From Felis catus (lineage: Eukaryota), in contig NC_058369.1 of assembly GCF_018350175.1 (NCBI RefSeq), positions 17,052,001 to 17,116,000 of the forward strand: a stretch of 64,000 bases of DNA, written 5' to 3'. Both the position numbers and the translations under genes were made by a program. Shown piece after piece: positions 49,207-62,500 of this stretch (position 1 is its first letter; every line of letters begins with the position of its first letter). The notes under the pieces are model-generated. The model saw only the letters and a list, made by a program, of their open reading frames with translations. It was not told the origin of the DNA and ran no database searches.

Positions 49207-50031
49207 CCACCCAACTCTTTTTTCCCCTTTCCCATATGTTCATCTGTTTTGCTTCTTAAATTCCACATGAGTGAAATCATGGTATTTGTCTTTTTCTGAC
49301 CTACTTATTTTGCTTAGTATAATACATTCCAGCTACATCCACATCATTGCAAATGGCAGTATTTCGTGTTATTTTGATGGCTGAGTAATATAGATATACA
49401 CACACATACACATCTTCTTTATCCATTCAACACCCGATGGGACACGGGCTCTTTCTATAGTTCAACACCCGATGGGACACGGGCTCTTTCCATAGCTTGG
49501 GTATTGCTGATACCATAAACACTGGGATGCATGTACTCCTTCAAATCTATATTTGTATCCTTTGGGTAAATACCTAGGAGTGCAATTGCTGGATCATAGG
49601 GTAGTTCTATATTTTAACATTTTGAGGAACCTCCATACTGTTTTCCAGAGTGGCTGCACCAGTCTGCATTCCCACCAACAGTGCTAAAGTGTTCTCCTTT
49701 CTCTGCATCTTCGCCAATACCTGTTGTTTCCTGTGTGGTCAATTTTAGCCATTCTGACAGGCGTAAGGTGGTAGCTCATCATGGTTTTGGTCTGTACTTC
49801 CCTGATGATGAGTCATGTTTAGCATCTTTTCATGTGTCCATTAGCCATCTGGATGTCTTCTTTGGAAAAATGCCCATTCATGTCTTCTGCCCATTTCTTA
49901 ACTAGACTATTCCCCATGTGACTTCTGACTTTCCTGTAAAGGGTCAAGGAGTGTTACAGAAGCACATGCCCTTGTCCCATTCTTTTAAAATGTTACTAAT
50001 GGGTCAGGGATAGCCGACCAATCTGACTTAC

Positions 50032-50235
50032 CAGGGGTCAGCAAACTAATAGTCCTCCTGCCTATTTTTGCAAATACAATTTTATTAGAACACAGCCACA
50101 CTCCTTTGTTTAAATATGGTCTATGGTTGCTTTTGCACTACAAAGGCAGATCTGAGTAGTTATGACAGAGGCCGGTATGCAAAAGCCTGAAATTTTTATC
50201 ATGTGGGCCTTTATAGAAATGTCTGCTGACCCGTG
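50032..50235 (-). mobile_element. MER58A-like hAT-Charlie MITE
   Basis: TIRs caggggtcagcaaac ... gtctgctgacccgtg; internal ttttattagaacacagccac. Confidence 0.8.
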
Positions 50236-50394
50236 ACAGAAAAATTCATGCTGTGATAGTTCTGCCTATGAATGAAGATACTCAGGAGAGGTCTACTCTC
50301 AAATTCTCAGTTTTCAATGTTGGGAATTGAGGGACAGTGGCAAATAGGGGATGTGACCAGAACCCATGAAAATGCCTACCAAGGTGGTCATATT

Positions 50395-50897
50395 CTAGGG
50401 TGGACCTGTTCATCCTTGACTCATGGTTTTCATATCCTTTTACAATCCCCTTCCCGTGAGTGTGAGGCAAATGTGATGGGATTTTCATTTATATAAGATC
50501 CTGTCTTTTTACTACACTCACTCTAGACTCTCCTTGCCAGCTTGATGCAGCAAGCTGCCACACTGGGGAAGCCTACATGGTGAACAACAGCGGGTGGCCT
50601 CTAGTAGTTTAGGGCAGCTTCCAGCTGACAGCCAGCAAGAAACTGGAACCTTCAGCCCCACACCTGGAAGTAAATTGATTCTGACAACAGGAGTGAACAT
50701 GGAGGCGGATTCTTCAGTAGTCAAGCCTCCAGATGAGAACACAGACCAGTCACCACCCTGAGTGCAGCCTTGTGATATCCTCAGCAGAGGACCCAGTAAG
50801 GCTGTGGCACAGACTCACGGAAGCAAGGAGATAAATATATCTTGTTTTAAGCCACTAACTTTATGGTAATTTATTATGCAGCAATGGATAACTATAC
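50395..50897 (+). mobile_element. MaLR MLT1 (MLT1E-like) solo LTR
   Basis: cagctgacagccagcaagaaa and gcctccagatgagaac motifs; 3' end tgttttaagccactaa...gcagcaatggataactataca. Confidence 0.8.
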
Positions 50898-51452
50898 ACC
50901 TACTGAACTTCAGAATGAACCTCAACCAAAGATGAGAGGTAAATTAGCTGGCATCCGTGACAGCAGTATCTTCAGACACTAGGAACAGGAAATGGTACTG
51001 CCAGTCTGGTTCCACTCTATCCCTTGCCCTGTCTCCCACAGATGCAGCACTGATACCACAACTGGCTCCGGTCCTCTGCCTCCACGTTTGCTCTGTGCCC
51101 CCAAACATGCTTTAGCTTGAGGGGTATGTGTTGCTCTCACCCTTAGAGAGCTGAGCTTCTGTCTCCTCCCATCACCAAGCCAGAATGGTGTCCTTCATGG
51201 GCACCATCTTTTTCCTAGCTTCTGCAATCAAGTGCTTCCTGCTCTAGTGAGGATAATACTGCCAGCAAAACCAGAATGAGGAGATCTAGAAACCATCTCC
51301 TAAAGAGTTGAAAGAACTGGGAAAGTTAGTGTGGAGGACAGAACAAAATGCTTGCAAAAGTAATAAATAACGATGATTTGGTGGGAACTCTTCTATTTGC
51401 TGCACGTCATCTGTAAATTGTCAGCAGGTAATTTCTAAAATAGACTGAATCC

Positions 51453-51659
51453 GGGGCGCCTGGGTGGCTCAGTCGGTTGAGCGTCTGACCGGCTCAGGTC
51501 ACGATCTCGCAGTTCGTGAGTTCGAGCCCCACGTTGGGCTCTGTGCTGACAGCTCGGAGCCTGGAGCCTGCTTCAGATTCTGTGTCTCCCTCTCTCTGCC
51601 CCTTTCCCGCTCATGCTCTGTCTCTCTCTCTCAAAAATGAATAAACGTTAAAAAAAAAA
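51453..51659 (+). mobile_element. Can-SINE
   Basis: Perfect TSD taaaatagactgaatcc. Confidence 0.95.
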
Positions 51660-52044
51660 TTAAAATAGACTGAATCCTGTTATTTCTCTTCCCTGGGGAC
51701 TTTTCAATTTCCATGAGGTAAAAGCCCTTCAAAATCACCCCACCCCCCCATACATCTATACAGCTGCACCTGGTCACAGTACCTGCTCCCCACAGACTTC
51801 TTGGCATTATTTCCAGAATATGCCACACGTGTTCATCCTTTTTTTCCTTTTTCATTATTGTTTAAAAGGTTACCTCCTCTGTGAAGCCTTCCCTAACTGA
51901 CCCAATCAGAACTTGTGTTTCTTCCACATGCGCCTCTTTCTGTAACTGTATTCGTTTCTTTCCTTCCTTCTTACCTACCTTACCCACCTACTTACAATGT
52001 CTCCCCACCCTAACGGAATATCCTTCAAGGACAAGTGTTTAATT

Positions 52045-52392
52045 CAGTGATTCATAAAGTGTGGGCCAGGTACCAAACCCCCTCCCCTGGTCATGGAAAT
52101 GTCCCCAAGGTCAAAACTATTTTTATAACAACACAAAGATTGTTATTTCCCTTTTCACTCTCATCTCCCGCAAATGTGGAATGTGGCTTCCCAGAGGCTG
52201 CATGACACATGATGATGTCAGCTACAGCGGACGTGCACCTGTGTATTGTTCTGGTTTAAAAGTTTCTGTTTTAACTTCTGATACAGTAAATAGCAACAGA
52301 TAGAATTCAAATAAATTAACACATTTTGGGTTCCTCATTATTTGTAAAGAATATAAAGAAGTCCTGAGACCAAAAGAGCTTGAGAACTGCTA
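52045..52392 (+). mobile_element. Charlie1-derived internally deleted hAT element
   Basis: Left end cagtgattcataaagtgtgg..ggtcaaaactatttt; right end gtcctgagaccaaaagagcttgagaactgct. Confidence 0.7.
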
Positions 52393-54327
52393 GTCCTATA
52401 GATTTTGTCTTCTAAGGGAAGAACAAAATAAGGCCCATGGTGGGAACTCACTCAACCCTTCTGGAATCTGATGATGTCATTCTCTGCATTAAAGTTCAAG
52501 CATTCCATAGAGCTGCCAATATACAGTCCAAGCTTGCATCACCCTGTCACTCTCTGTGACTTTGCTCCAATCTAGCTGCGCATCTGATCTCTCCATGTCC
52601 TTATTTGAACTCTGGGTTGAGGCTAACCTGGTTTACACGTCCCACCCTCTGTACAACCTTCTGTTACCATCTTTGTGCCTTTGCTCACATTGTCCTACAG
52701 AACCGAATACTTGCTCCAATATGGCTCAGTGACCTCCTAAATCTTTTTCAGCGTTCAGCTCAAATCCCTTCTTTGTAAAATCTTCCCCAGTCTAAACTTA
52801 CATGTCTCTTTGTGCTAACTCTTACAGCACCTCCCAAGTCCAGTCCCCCTTGAACAATTAATACTATGTATGCTTCATTACATCCCCAATCCTCCCAACA
52901 CAGAATGACTTTTTCCACGTATGTGTAGCTCATCACAAAAAAAACAGTCCCAATTAATAGAGGATCTACTTATGTCCTATATAGTAGCCCACAGCAAGAG
53001 ATCTCTAACAAGTAACCAAAAAGCCTAACTTGATAAAGTCCCCAAAAAGCATTACATAATTGTACTACATAATGGAAGCCAATTTCTCCCTAAAAATATG
53101 TATCCTACCATTTAGTAAATATGGGTCATTAGACAAGTCACTTAAATTCTAGCCAGTATGAGCTAGTCCCTAGATGTTAAGTGTCCAATTATGAGCTCCT
53201 CAGAAGTTTGACTCTATCCTTCACTGCCTCTTGAAATAGGTCTGAAAGAGCCCTTCAAATAGAACCTTGACAGAGAGAAGAGAGAAGCCACTCCACATGA
53301 TGGAAGTCTGATGATCAAATACTGTTCTACTGTTTTCTTAGGTTCACTAGCCTCACATGTTTCACACATGGTGTTTTAGAAGTGCCTGGTTTGTAAAATG
53401 GTATGAAGTCCTCACAGTGAGAAGAATGAGGCTATTTATAAGCGATGAATAGTATCTCAGGCAAGAACTGTAACAGTCACTTCTGGGCTTTTAGTTCCGA
53501 GAAAGTGACCCTTTCAATATTATCACTTTCAAGATGTTCTTCTTAATCTCCTTATGGGTTAGAGACTAGTTTTTATCCTTCGTGAAAACCAGAAGTGATT
53601 AATTGGGTTCCTCCACACAGAACTGTGACAAATGGCTCAAGACGCATTCTTTGGAGCCCTGTATTCCACAGGATGTCAAGGAACCTGGTGGACAATCCAC
53701 TCAGTGACATAAAAGAATCTTCTCTGAATATTCTATTTGTGACTCAATATCCCTAGAGCATACATAGTCAACCGTAAGGAATAAACATCATTTAACACAA
53801 TCTTTCAAATTTCTCTAAGCCAGGATTAAGATACATAAATCAATTCACAGTAGCAAAAAATTAAATAAAGAAAACCAATACCTGAGATCATGAAATGGGA
53901 AGTTACCAAGGTTAAGTCTTTGACAGACTCTTGAACATGCATGTAAATTCCAACTCCCTGGGGGAAGGACTGACAACCAAAGAAGGGACTAAGATGCACT
54001 GCACTACGACAATCATACAGGAAAACATCCTTATTCCTAGGAGATGATGCATGCTGAGTGATCTAGAGTGCAAAGAATCGTGGCATCTATAACTTACTTT
54101 GAAATAGTTCACCAGAAACAAGAAAATAAAAATCATTTAGACTGCTGGATAGATAAATATGGCAAAGTTGAACCTAACTAGTAGGCACATGAAATATCAC
54201 TGTGCTACAATCACTATTTCAGTATTGTTTGGCTACAAGTAAACACGTTATTAGAAAGGCTATTTTGTTTAGACCCCATGTTAATTAAAGAAAAATCTAA
54301 TAAATGTGTTTAATAAAAGTTTTCTTA

Positions 54328-54587
54328 GGGGGCAACTGGGTGGCTCCGTTGATTAAATGTCCAACTCTTGATTTTAGCTCAGGTCATGATCTCATGGAGA
54401 CTGAGCCCCAAGTCAAGTCTCGAGTTGAGCTCTGTGCTGATGGCTCGGGCCTGCTTGGGATTCTCATTCTCATTCATTCATTCTCTCTCTCTCTCTTCAC
54501 CCCCTCCCTCCCTCCCTCTCTCCCTCCCTCCCTCTCTCTTTCTCTCCCCCTCCCTCCCTCCCTCCGTCTCTCTCTCTCTCTCTCTCG

Positions 54588-54645
<58 letters not shown>

Positions 54646-54672
54646 GATAAATAAACTTAAAAAAAAAAAAAA
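54328..54672 (+). mobile_element. Can-SINE with expanded (CT)/(CCCT)/(CA) microsatellite
   Basis: SINE head; compound microsatellite ~54482-54643. Confidence 0.92.
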
Positions 54673-54678
54673 GTTTTT

Positions 54679-54892
54679 GTGGTGCCTGGGTGGCTTACTC
54701 AGCTGAGCATCCAATTCTTGATCTCGGCTCAGGTCATGATCTTGCAGTTCAGTGGGTTAGAGCCCTGAATCGGGCTCTGCACTGATGGCACAGAGTCTGC
54801 TTGAAATTCTGTCTCTCCTCTCTGTCCCTCCCCCACTTGTGCATGCACACACTCTCTCTTAAAATAAGTAAACTTTAAAAAATAATAAAAAT
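54679..54892 (+). mobile_element. Can-SINE
   Basis: SINE head, body and tail. Confidence 0.92.
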
Positions 54893-54894
54893 TA

Positions 54895-55076
54895 GGGGTG
54901 CCTGGGTGGCTCACTCGGTTGAGCAACCGACTTCAGCTCAGGTCATGATCTCACAGTTCATGAGTTCAAGCCCCATGTCGGGCTCTGCACTGACAGCTCA
55001 GAGCTTGGAGCCTGCTTCAGATTCTGTGTCTCCCTCTCTCTCAAAAATAAATAAATAAAAAATACAGTAAAAAAAA
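54895..55076 (+). mobile_element. Can-SINE
   Basis: SINE head, body and tail. Confidence 0.92.
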
Positions 55077-55185
55077 TCTTTGATTTTCAAATATATTACA
55101 TAAGTTATTTGGAAAATAAATCAACTTAACTCCTAGATGTGTGGTATTCTCAGCCTAATAGAATGAGTTTTAAAAATACAGGTCA

Positions 55186-55425
55186 GGGGCGCCTGGGTGG
55201 CTCAGTCGGTTAAGCGTCCGACTTCAGCTCAGGTCACGATCTCGCAGTCCGTGAGTTCGAGCCCCGCATCGGGCTCTGGGCTGATGGCTCGGAGCCTGGA
55301 GCCTGCTTCCAATTCTGTGTCTCCCTCTCTCTCTGCCTCTGCCCCGTTCATGCTCTGTCTCTGTCTCAAAAATAAATAAAACATTAAAAAAAAAAAAAAT
55401 TAAATAAATAAATAAATAAATAAAT
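55186..55425 (+). mobile_element. Relatively young Can-SINE
   Basis: TSD taaaaatacaggtcag. Confidence 0.95.
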
Positions 55426-55439
55426 AAAAATACAGGTCA

Positions 55440-56165
55440 GACTCATGCTCTTCTGCTCGAACCTCTTCCCCTCATTGGCTCCAATGACCCTACCTAGAGT
55501 AAAAACTAAAATGTTACAGTGGTCCACGAGGCCCTCATCATTTCCCATGACCTCCTCCTCAGTGCAATCCAGCTACTTGTCCATGATACCCCCTTGCTAT
55601 TCCTCAACTATGCCAGGCAGCTCCCATCTCCTATCTGTACACTAATTGCTCCCAATGCCTAGAGCACTCTGACCTTCCTTTGCCTCATTTACAGCTTTGT
55701 CCAAATGTCACTTTCTTGATAACATATTCCCTGACCTTTACTTGAAAATCGCAATTCCACACACTTCACAATTTATCTTCATACCCTGCTTTAATTTGTA
55801 CCATACCACTTATCAACCAACAAACTGTTTCTACATATTTATATTTAATTTACACAATCTATGTTTTTATATACCATATATTTCATCTTCCACCTTGAAA
55901 AGATACAATCCTGGGGCACCTGAGTGGCTCAGTCAGTTAAGCTTCTGACTCTTTCGGCTCAGATCTTGATCTTGAGGTTTGTGAGACAGAGCCCTGTAGC
56001 ACAAGGAGTCTACTTGGGATTTGCTCTCTTTGGCCCCACCCCGCCCCCCCGCAGGCACACTCTCTAAATAAATGAATAAACAAACAAACAATTCTTGCAG
56101 TTGCAGGTGGGGATTTTGGTCTGCTTTGGTCAACAGTACCCTAGCATCTAAAACACAATGAAACA
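55440..56165 (+). mobile_element. L2 fragment interrupted by a SINE
   Basis: acctagagtaaaaactaaaa, ttgtccaaatgtcacttt and gggattttggtctgctttggtca motifs. Confidence 0.6.
55913..56090 (+). mobile_element. Old Can-SINE
   Basis: TSD acaat(c/t)ct. Confidence 0.88.
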
Positions 56166-57409
56166 ACACAATAACATAACACATTTACATCTTATTTATC
56201 CCTATGAGTTAAAAGAAAAAAAAAAAAGTCTAGCTTAAGACGGACCTCCCATTCAAGAATGCTTATGCGGTATAAGCTCATACACTGAATCACTCTGATG
56301 AAATTTTGCCGTGGGTTTCTTAGCACTTGATCTTGTAGAGATGAATCATCCAGCTGCTCTTCCTGGTACATGTGCCTGTCTCCTTATACAGCTCCTATAG
56401 GTTTATAAGAGGGTCTGGGTCTTTCCCCATTATATTTCTCATAGGATGTAAGGCAGGACAGTATGATGGAGCTATCAAGTCTTTAATGATCCTTCTTCAA
56501 TGAATGAAAAATGCACAGACGCACCACATATGCTACTTCTGGCAGCATGCTACAATAAAAAGAGGGTGAGCTTTAGGATCAGAGATTTAGGTTCAAAATG
56601 TAGCTCCGATTCTCACAAGTCTATGTAACCTGCCAAAAACTTTCTTGGTTTTACAATAAAAACAATACCGCTTCCTCCAAAGAGTTATCCAGAAAAGAAA
56701 CTCAAAGGATTAATCAGAAAATTCCTATATAATGTGTCACGGATATAGATACTCAAAGAAATGATGATTTTCAGCACCTTCTGAAAAATGTTTAAGAATT
56801 CTTTTTTTTTTTTTTTTATCTTAACTTCCTTTACCTTCCCCTATAACCCAGGGCAAATAAAACCTGATAATAATTTTAGGTAAATGCAAGAGGTCTTAAA
56901 TATCAGTATTACTTTTTCTATTCCTAGAATGGTCTCTGACCAAACAAAAACAAAAGACCACACAAATTTAGAGACGTCAGAAGATACTGGTAAATGACTA
57001 GAGTGAAAGAGGACAGACAAGCCCCTCCTGATAAGCGAGCACTCGTTTCTTAAATGAAAATAAGAGGTGTTTCAGACCTTCATCTATTTTTACTTTCATT
57101 TTACCAAACGCTCCCCCAATACAAACTCTCAATGAAGTTAGATAGGTTAATGGGAGAAATCCAAGAGTTGTCCTGTATTTCATAAGAAAACTTATTTTTT
57201 CCTGTATTATCATTTACCATTGTTAATACATACAAGTTAACACATGGGGAACATAGTAAAATAAATATCACAATAAACAGTATGTGAACCTCCCACTCAA
57301 GTACATCATCTTGATAAGAAAAATCCTACACCATTCTATTTCAAATCAGCGTGCTATGTGATAAGGTGCTATTTTGTTATACCAAGTGTCAGTTTAAATG
57401 TAAATCTGA

Positions 57410-57630
57410 GGGGTGTCTGGGTGGCTCAGTCAGGTAAGTGTCCTGACTCTTGATCCTGGCTCAGGTCATGATATCACAGTTCACGAGATCAAGGCCCTGC
57501 ATCGGGCTCTGTGCTGACAGCACAGAAGCTTCCTGGGATTCTCTCCCTCTGCCCCTTCCCTGCTTACGCTCTCTCTCCTTCTCAAAAAACGAATGAATGA
57601 ATGAATGAATGAATGAATGAATAAATAAAT
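57410..57630 (+). mobile_element. Can-SINE with (GAAT)n tail
   Basis: SINE head and body. Confidence 0.92.
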
Positions 57631-57646
57631 ATTTATGTAAAATTGA

Positions 57647-58183
57647 TATAGGTAAAGCTTGGTATAATTCCTTCTGGAAACATGCTTGTAATCCAAAGCA
57701 TTTGTGTATCAAAGTGAATTTCAAGAACCACTGGCTCATACAGAGAAAGACAGATACCATATGGTTTCACTCTTATGTGGATCCTGAGAAACTTAACAGA
57801 AACCCATGGGGGAGGAGAAGGGAAAAAAAAAGAGGTTAGAGTGGCAGAGAGCCAAAGCATAAGAGACTCTTAAAAACTGAGAACAAACTGAGGGTTGATG
57901 GGGGGTGGGAGGAAGGGGAGGGTGGGCGATGGGTATTGAGGAGGGTACCTTTTGGGATGAGCACTGGGTGTTGTATGGAAACCAATTTGACAATAAACTT
58001 CATATATTGGGGGAAAAAAAAAAAAGAACCACTGGCTCAATTGTAATTATGTGATGTTCGGTGTCACATACTACTCATATTGCAAGATATCACTCATTTA
58101 TCAAGTTACAATTTATTAGAAATGTTTGCTCATGTTGTGGAACACTCGCAGAATAAGTTACTTGCAATCCAAGGTTTTACTGT
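57647..58183. mobile_element. TcMar-Tigger-like MITE split by an L1
   Basis: Right end ccaaggttttactg+ta; degenerate left end tataggtaaagcttgg. Confidence 0.5.
57739..58023 (+). mobile_element. Young felid L1 3' end (285 bp)
   Basis: L1 3'UTR with poly-A; perfect 16-bp TSD aagaaccactggctca. Confidence 0.93.
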
Positions 58184-58223
58184 ACTTTCTTTCCTCTATC
58201 TCCCCATTTGAAATGTGAATGAG

Positions 58224-58446
58224 GGGGCGCCTGGGTGGCTCAGTCGGTTGAGCGTCCAACTTCGGCTCAGGTCAGGATCTCACGGTCCGTGAGTTCGAGC
58301 CCTGCGTCAGGCTCTGGGCTGATGGCTCAGAGCCTGGAGCCTGCTTCGGATTCTGTGTCTCCCTCTCTCTCTGCCCCTCCCCCGTTCATGCTCTGTCTCT
58401 CTCTGTCCCAAAAATAAACGTTAAAAAAAAAAAATTAAAAAAAAAA
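58224..58446 (+). mobile_element. Relatively young Can-SINE
   Basis: TSD tgaaatgtgaatgag. Confidence 0.95.
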
Positions 58447-59379
58447 TGAAATGTGAATGAGAAGGAAAGGAGGTACACTGTTAACTTCACATAATTTTGT
58501 TGAGCCAAGTCCACAGCAAGAACCATTTGTTATCTCCTAATTTATTTTATTAGTCACAGCCCAATATAAATCACATTAACTATCATAGGTCAGTGTTAAG
58601 TTATAGAATTCTATTACAACACATCCCGAAACATTCATGTTACGCTGGTACTTTCTTTATGCCTTACTAAATGGTAAAAGGACTCAAATTCTGTTGCTGC
58701 AACTAGTTAAGTATCCACTGCAAATCAGAGAAGTTATCTGATAGGCTATTTCCAGACACTATGAATTAATTTTACTTTTCATGCCATTCAAAGAATCATC
58801 CCCTGTCACCTCCAGTGCTACCTGCAGCAGTCTGATCCAAGCTTTGCACACTGTGAAAAGCATACATTCACTACTGGGTCAGACTGAGGTTACTAGATTT
58901 TGTTTTTGTCCTCTTAAATCCTGCTAAACTAGAAATAGCTAAGTTTGCAATCTGTTTTTTAACCACTAATTCTCTAGGGTATCACCTACCAAAATTTTAA
59001 AAACAGATTTACATGTAAAAACATGTCCCTCGTTTTGCATAGTACAGAAACTTCTTTGAATCAAATTAAGAAGGCTGTGCCAATCCTTTTCAATTCCATG
59101 ACCACAGGGAACCAAAAGACCCTACAAATGAACCCAAACCACAAAAAAGTCGAGGAAAGTGACACATTTCCCAGGCATTCAATAGGCTCAGGCTTCCCCT
59201 GCCTGAGCTGGGCACTGCCTGCTGGTGCAGAATCAATAAAAAGCAACAGAGATGTGGCTTGGCTTGCTGATTTGGGTATCTATCTAAGACAAAAATAAGT
59301 GAGCTTTCAAACTAAGAAATAGTGTACATACTCTGCTAAGAACAGGTCAATAATTTGCTCTTATGGTTAGAGTGAGAGG

Positions 59380-59619
59380 TTTTTTTTTTTTTTTTTTTTT
59401 TTTTAATTTTTTTTTTCAACGTTTATTTATTTTTGGGACAGAGAGAAACAGAGCATGAATGGGGGAGGGGCAGAGAGAGAGGGAGACACAGAATCGGAAA
59501 CAGGCTCCAGGCTCTGAGCCATCAGCCCAGAGCCTGACGCGGGGCTCGAACTCACGGACCGTGAGATCGTGACCTGGCTGAAGTCGGACGCTTAACTGAC
59601 TGCGCCACCCAGGCGCCCC
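59380..59619 (-). mobile_element. Young SINEC_Fc-type SINE
   Basis: TSD gagtgagaggttttt; long poly-T. Confidence 0.95.
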
Positions 59620-60042
59620 GAGTGAGAGGTTTTTGATAAATCTGGAAATCTGTTCCCAGACATTATCTACAAAATGTGACAGCAAGACTGACACTTTTAA
59701 GAAAGCAGAGGGAACAATAGTGGAAGGACCTATGCAAACCCATGGAGACCATAAAATTTTAAGTTTGAAGAGACCTCACTGATGTCGACTCAAACCACCC
59801 AGAACAGAGCACCAGGAGGCAAATGTATCATCTGTGGAGTACTGCCCAGCAATTTTAATTTGTACTTCACATTACCTTTATTCTATAAGAATGTAAGAGA
59901 CCAAAAAAAAAAAAAAAAAAAAGTGACTGTAGCTGAAGTCTAAGTGTATAAATTGTATGTGACTGAGACAGAGATGGAATCAGGCAAGGTTGACAGCAAT
60001 AAACGTTTAGCTTGAGTTATTCATCAGAAATTGTTTCAGAAT

Positions 60043-60251
60043 GGGGGTGCCTGGGTAGCTCAGTTGGTTAAGCATCCAATTCTAGATTTCAGCTCAAGTC
60101 ATGATCTTACGGTGAGTGAGAGAGACCAAGCCCCATGTCAGCCTCTAAGCTGACAGCATGGAGCCTTCTTGGGATCCTCCCTCTCTCTCTGCCCCTCCCT
60201 TGCTCATGCTCTTTCTCTCAAAATAAATAAATAAACCTTAAAACAAAAAAA
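60043..60251 (+). mobile_element. Can-SINE
   Basis: TSD agaaa(t/c)tgttt. Confidence 0.92.
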
Positions 60252-60315
60252 GAAACTGTTTTGTAATGAATGAAAAGAAAAATATTAATGCACAATGTAA
60301 GAAATGTTGGGAATC

Positions 60316-60339
60316 GGGTGCCTGGGTGGCTCAGTTGGT
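60316..60339 (+). mobile_element. SINE 5' head only (24 nt) flanked by an 18-bp TSD
   Basis: gggtgcctgggtggctcagttggt between taagaaatgttgggaatc and taagaaacattgggaatc. Confidence 0.85.
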
Positions 60340-61799
60340 TAAGAAACATTGGGAATCAACTACTGATAATTCTATACAAAATATCTTACTTGGTGTGAAA
60401 ATTAGCCTCTTTTAACCTACAGGAACACTGCCATTTGAGAAGCCAGGTACTGCTAAGAAGCTACTTTACTAAAATTTTACTGCTCTCATGATAAATTAAA
60501 TAAAAATAGATGAGTAAAGTCCTTAATAGCAAAAATGTCATCTGTCCAATATCAAAGACTGGCATAGCTACAGCAATATGTTATAGAGAGTACTTAATCA
60601 TCATTTTCACATCACAGATGAGAGAACTCAGAGCTAATGAAGGTAAATAGCTTTTGAAAGTCCTATGCCTCTACAGGGCAGAACCAAAGGTACAATCAAA
60701 GTCTGCAAAATCCTAAAATCCAACAGACAATATGCTGTCTATAAGAGACCTATCTTAAGTCCAAAGACACAAATAGACTGAAAAGTAAATTAATGGAAAA
60801 AGATATTTCATACAAACACAGTAACCCAAACAGAGGTGGAATGGTATGTTAGTATCCGCTAAAAGAGACTTTTAGGCAAAAAAGATTACAAGAGAAAAAG
60901 GGGTTATATAATGATAAAAGGGCTGATCCACCAAAAAGAACAGTGATAATATATGCAACTAACAACAGAGCCTTAAAATATATGAACCAAAACCAGACAG
61001 AACTGAAGAAACATAGATAGTTCAATAATTGTTGGAAATTTCAAGACATCATTTTCAATAAAGTAAAGACCAACCAGAAAAATGATAGACAACTTGAACA
61101 ACACTATAAACCAGCCACACCAAACACACACAGAAAATGCCATTCAACAAGAGCATAATGCAAAAGGAATATTTTCCAGGACAATGTATTAGGCAACAAA
61201 AGTCTCAGTGAATTTTAGAAGATAGAAACCACACAAATTATCTTCTCTGAATACAACGGAATAAAATTAGACATCAGTAACAGAAGGAAATCTAAAAACT
61301 TCACTAATTGGTATATATTAAACCATTCATTCTTAAAACAACCCACAAGTCAAAGAAGAAACCAAAAGGGAAGTAATAAAACACTTTGAGAAAAATGAAC
61401 ACGAAAATGAAATATGTCTAAATTTATGGATTGCAGTAAAAAGGAGTGCTGAGAGGGATATTAATATGGAAGTCAACATTAATAAATTTCTCAAATCAAT
61501 ATCCCATCCTCCAACGTAAGGAAGTATTAGAAGAGCAAACTTCAGCAAAAAGAAGCAGAAGGAAGAATGAAGATTACAGTGGAGATAAATGAGAATAGAA
61601 AAACAATAGAAAGAATCACTGAAATCAAAAGTTGGTTCTTTGAAAGATAAAATTGACAAGTCTTTAGATTGATGAAGGAAAAACAAAAACAAAAACCAAG
61701 AGTGGACCAAAGTACTAAAATCAGGAATGAAAATATGGATGTTACTACCAAACTTACAAAAATAAAAAGGAATGTAAAAAGACATTGTGAAAAAAAAAA

Positions 61800-62500
61800 G
61801 CTTTACTGCCATATAATTCATATACCATATGATCAACCCATTAAAAGAGTACAATTCAACGAATTTTAGTATATTCCCACATACGTGCAACCATTACCAC
61901 AGTAAATTTTAAAATCTTTCCATCACCTCAAACAGAAACCGTATACCTTTTAGCTATCATCCTCCTTTGCGCCTCTTCCTCCTAGTCCTAAGCAACCATT
62001 AATGTACTTTCTGTCTCTACAAATCTGCCTGTTTATATTTCATATAATTAGAATTAAATAATATATTTTCTCCTCTGTTTTTTTTTTCAATGTTTATTTA
62101 CTTTTGAGAGACAGAGAGAGACAGAGCATGAGCAGGGGAGGGGCAGAGAGAGAGAGGGAGACACAGAATCCAAAGCAGGCTCCAGTCCCCAAGCCGTCAG
62201 CACAGAGCCTGATGCGGGGCTCGAACTCATGAACAGTGAGATTATGACCTGAGCAGAAGTCGGACACTCAATGGACTAAGCCACCCAGGCACCCTTCCTC
62301 TGTTTTTCTTTCTACATACCATGTTTTCAAGGATGATCCGTGATGTCACATATGTCAATACTCCATTCCATTTTATGGCTGAATAATATTCCATTTTAAT
62401 ACCACATTTTGTTTACCCATTCATCAGCTGATGGACATTTGCATTGTTTTCACTTTTGGTTGTTATGATTTGTGTTTGTGTATCTGTGTCTGTGTGTGTG
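61800..62500 (-). mobile_element. L1MB-like 3' end inserted antisense into the + strand L1
   Basis: ataattcatataccatat...gagtacaattca and ttttatggctgaataatattccatt motifs. Confidence 0.75.
62078..62294 (-). mobile_element. Can-SINE nested in the L1MB-like element
   Basis: TSD tcctctgtttt. Confidence 0.93.

Larger units (their letters stand above)
48304..49912 (-). mobile_element. Carnivore L1 3' end, 5'-truncated, hosting three nested SINEs
   Basis: 3'UTR ataacacccagtgctcatc; reverse ORF2 C-terminus gaggaacctccatactgttttccagagtggctgcacc. Confidence 0.9.

Noticed and set aside
61333..61890. 185-aa hydrophobic minus-strand ORF
   Set aside because: Antisense reading of A-rich decayed L1 sequence
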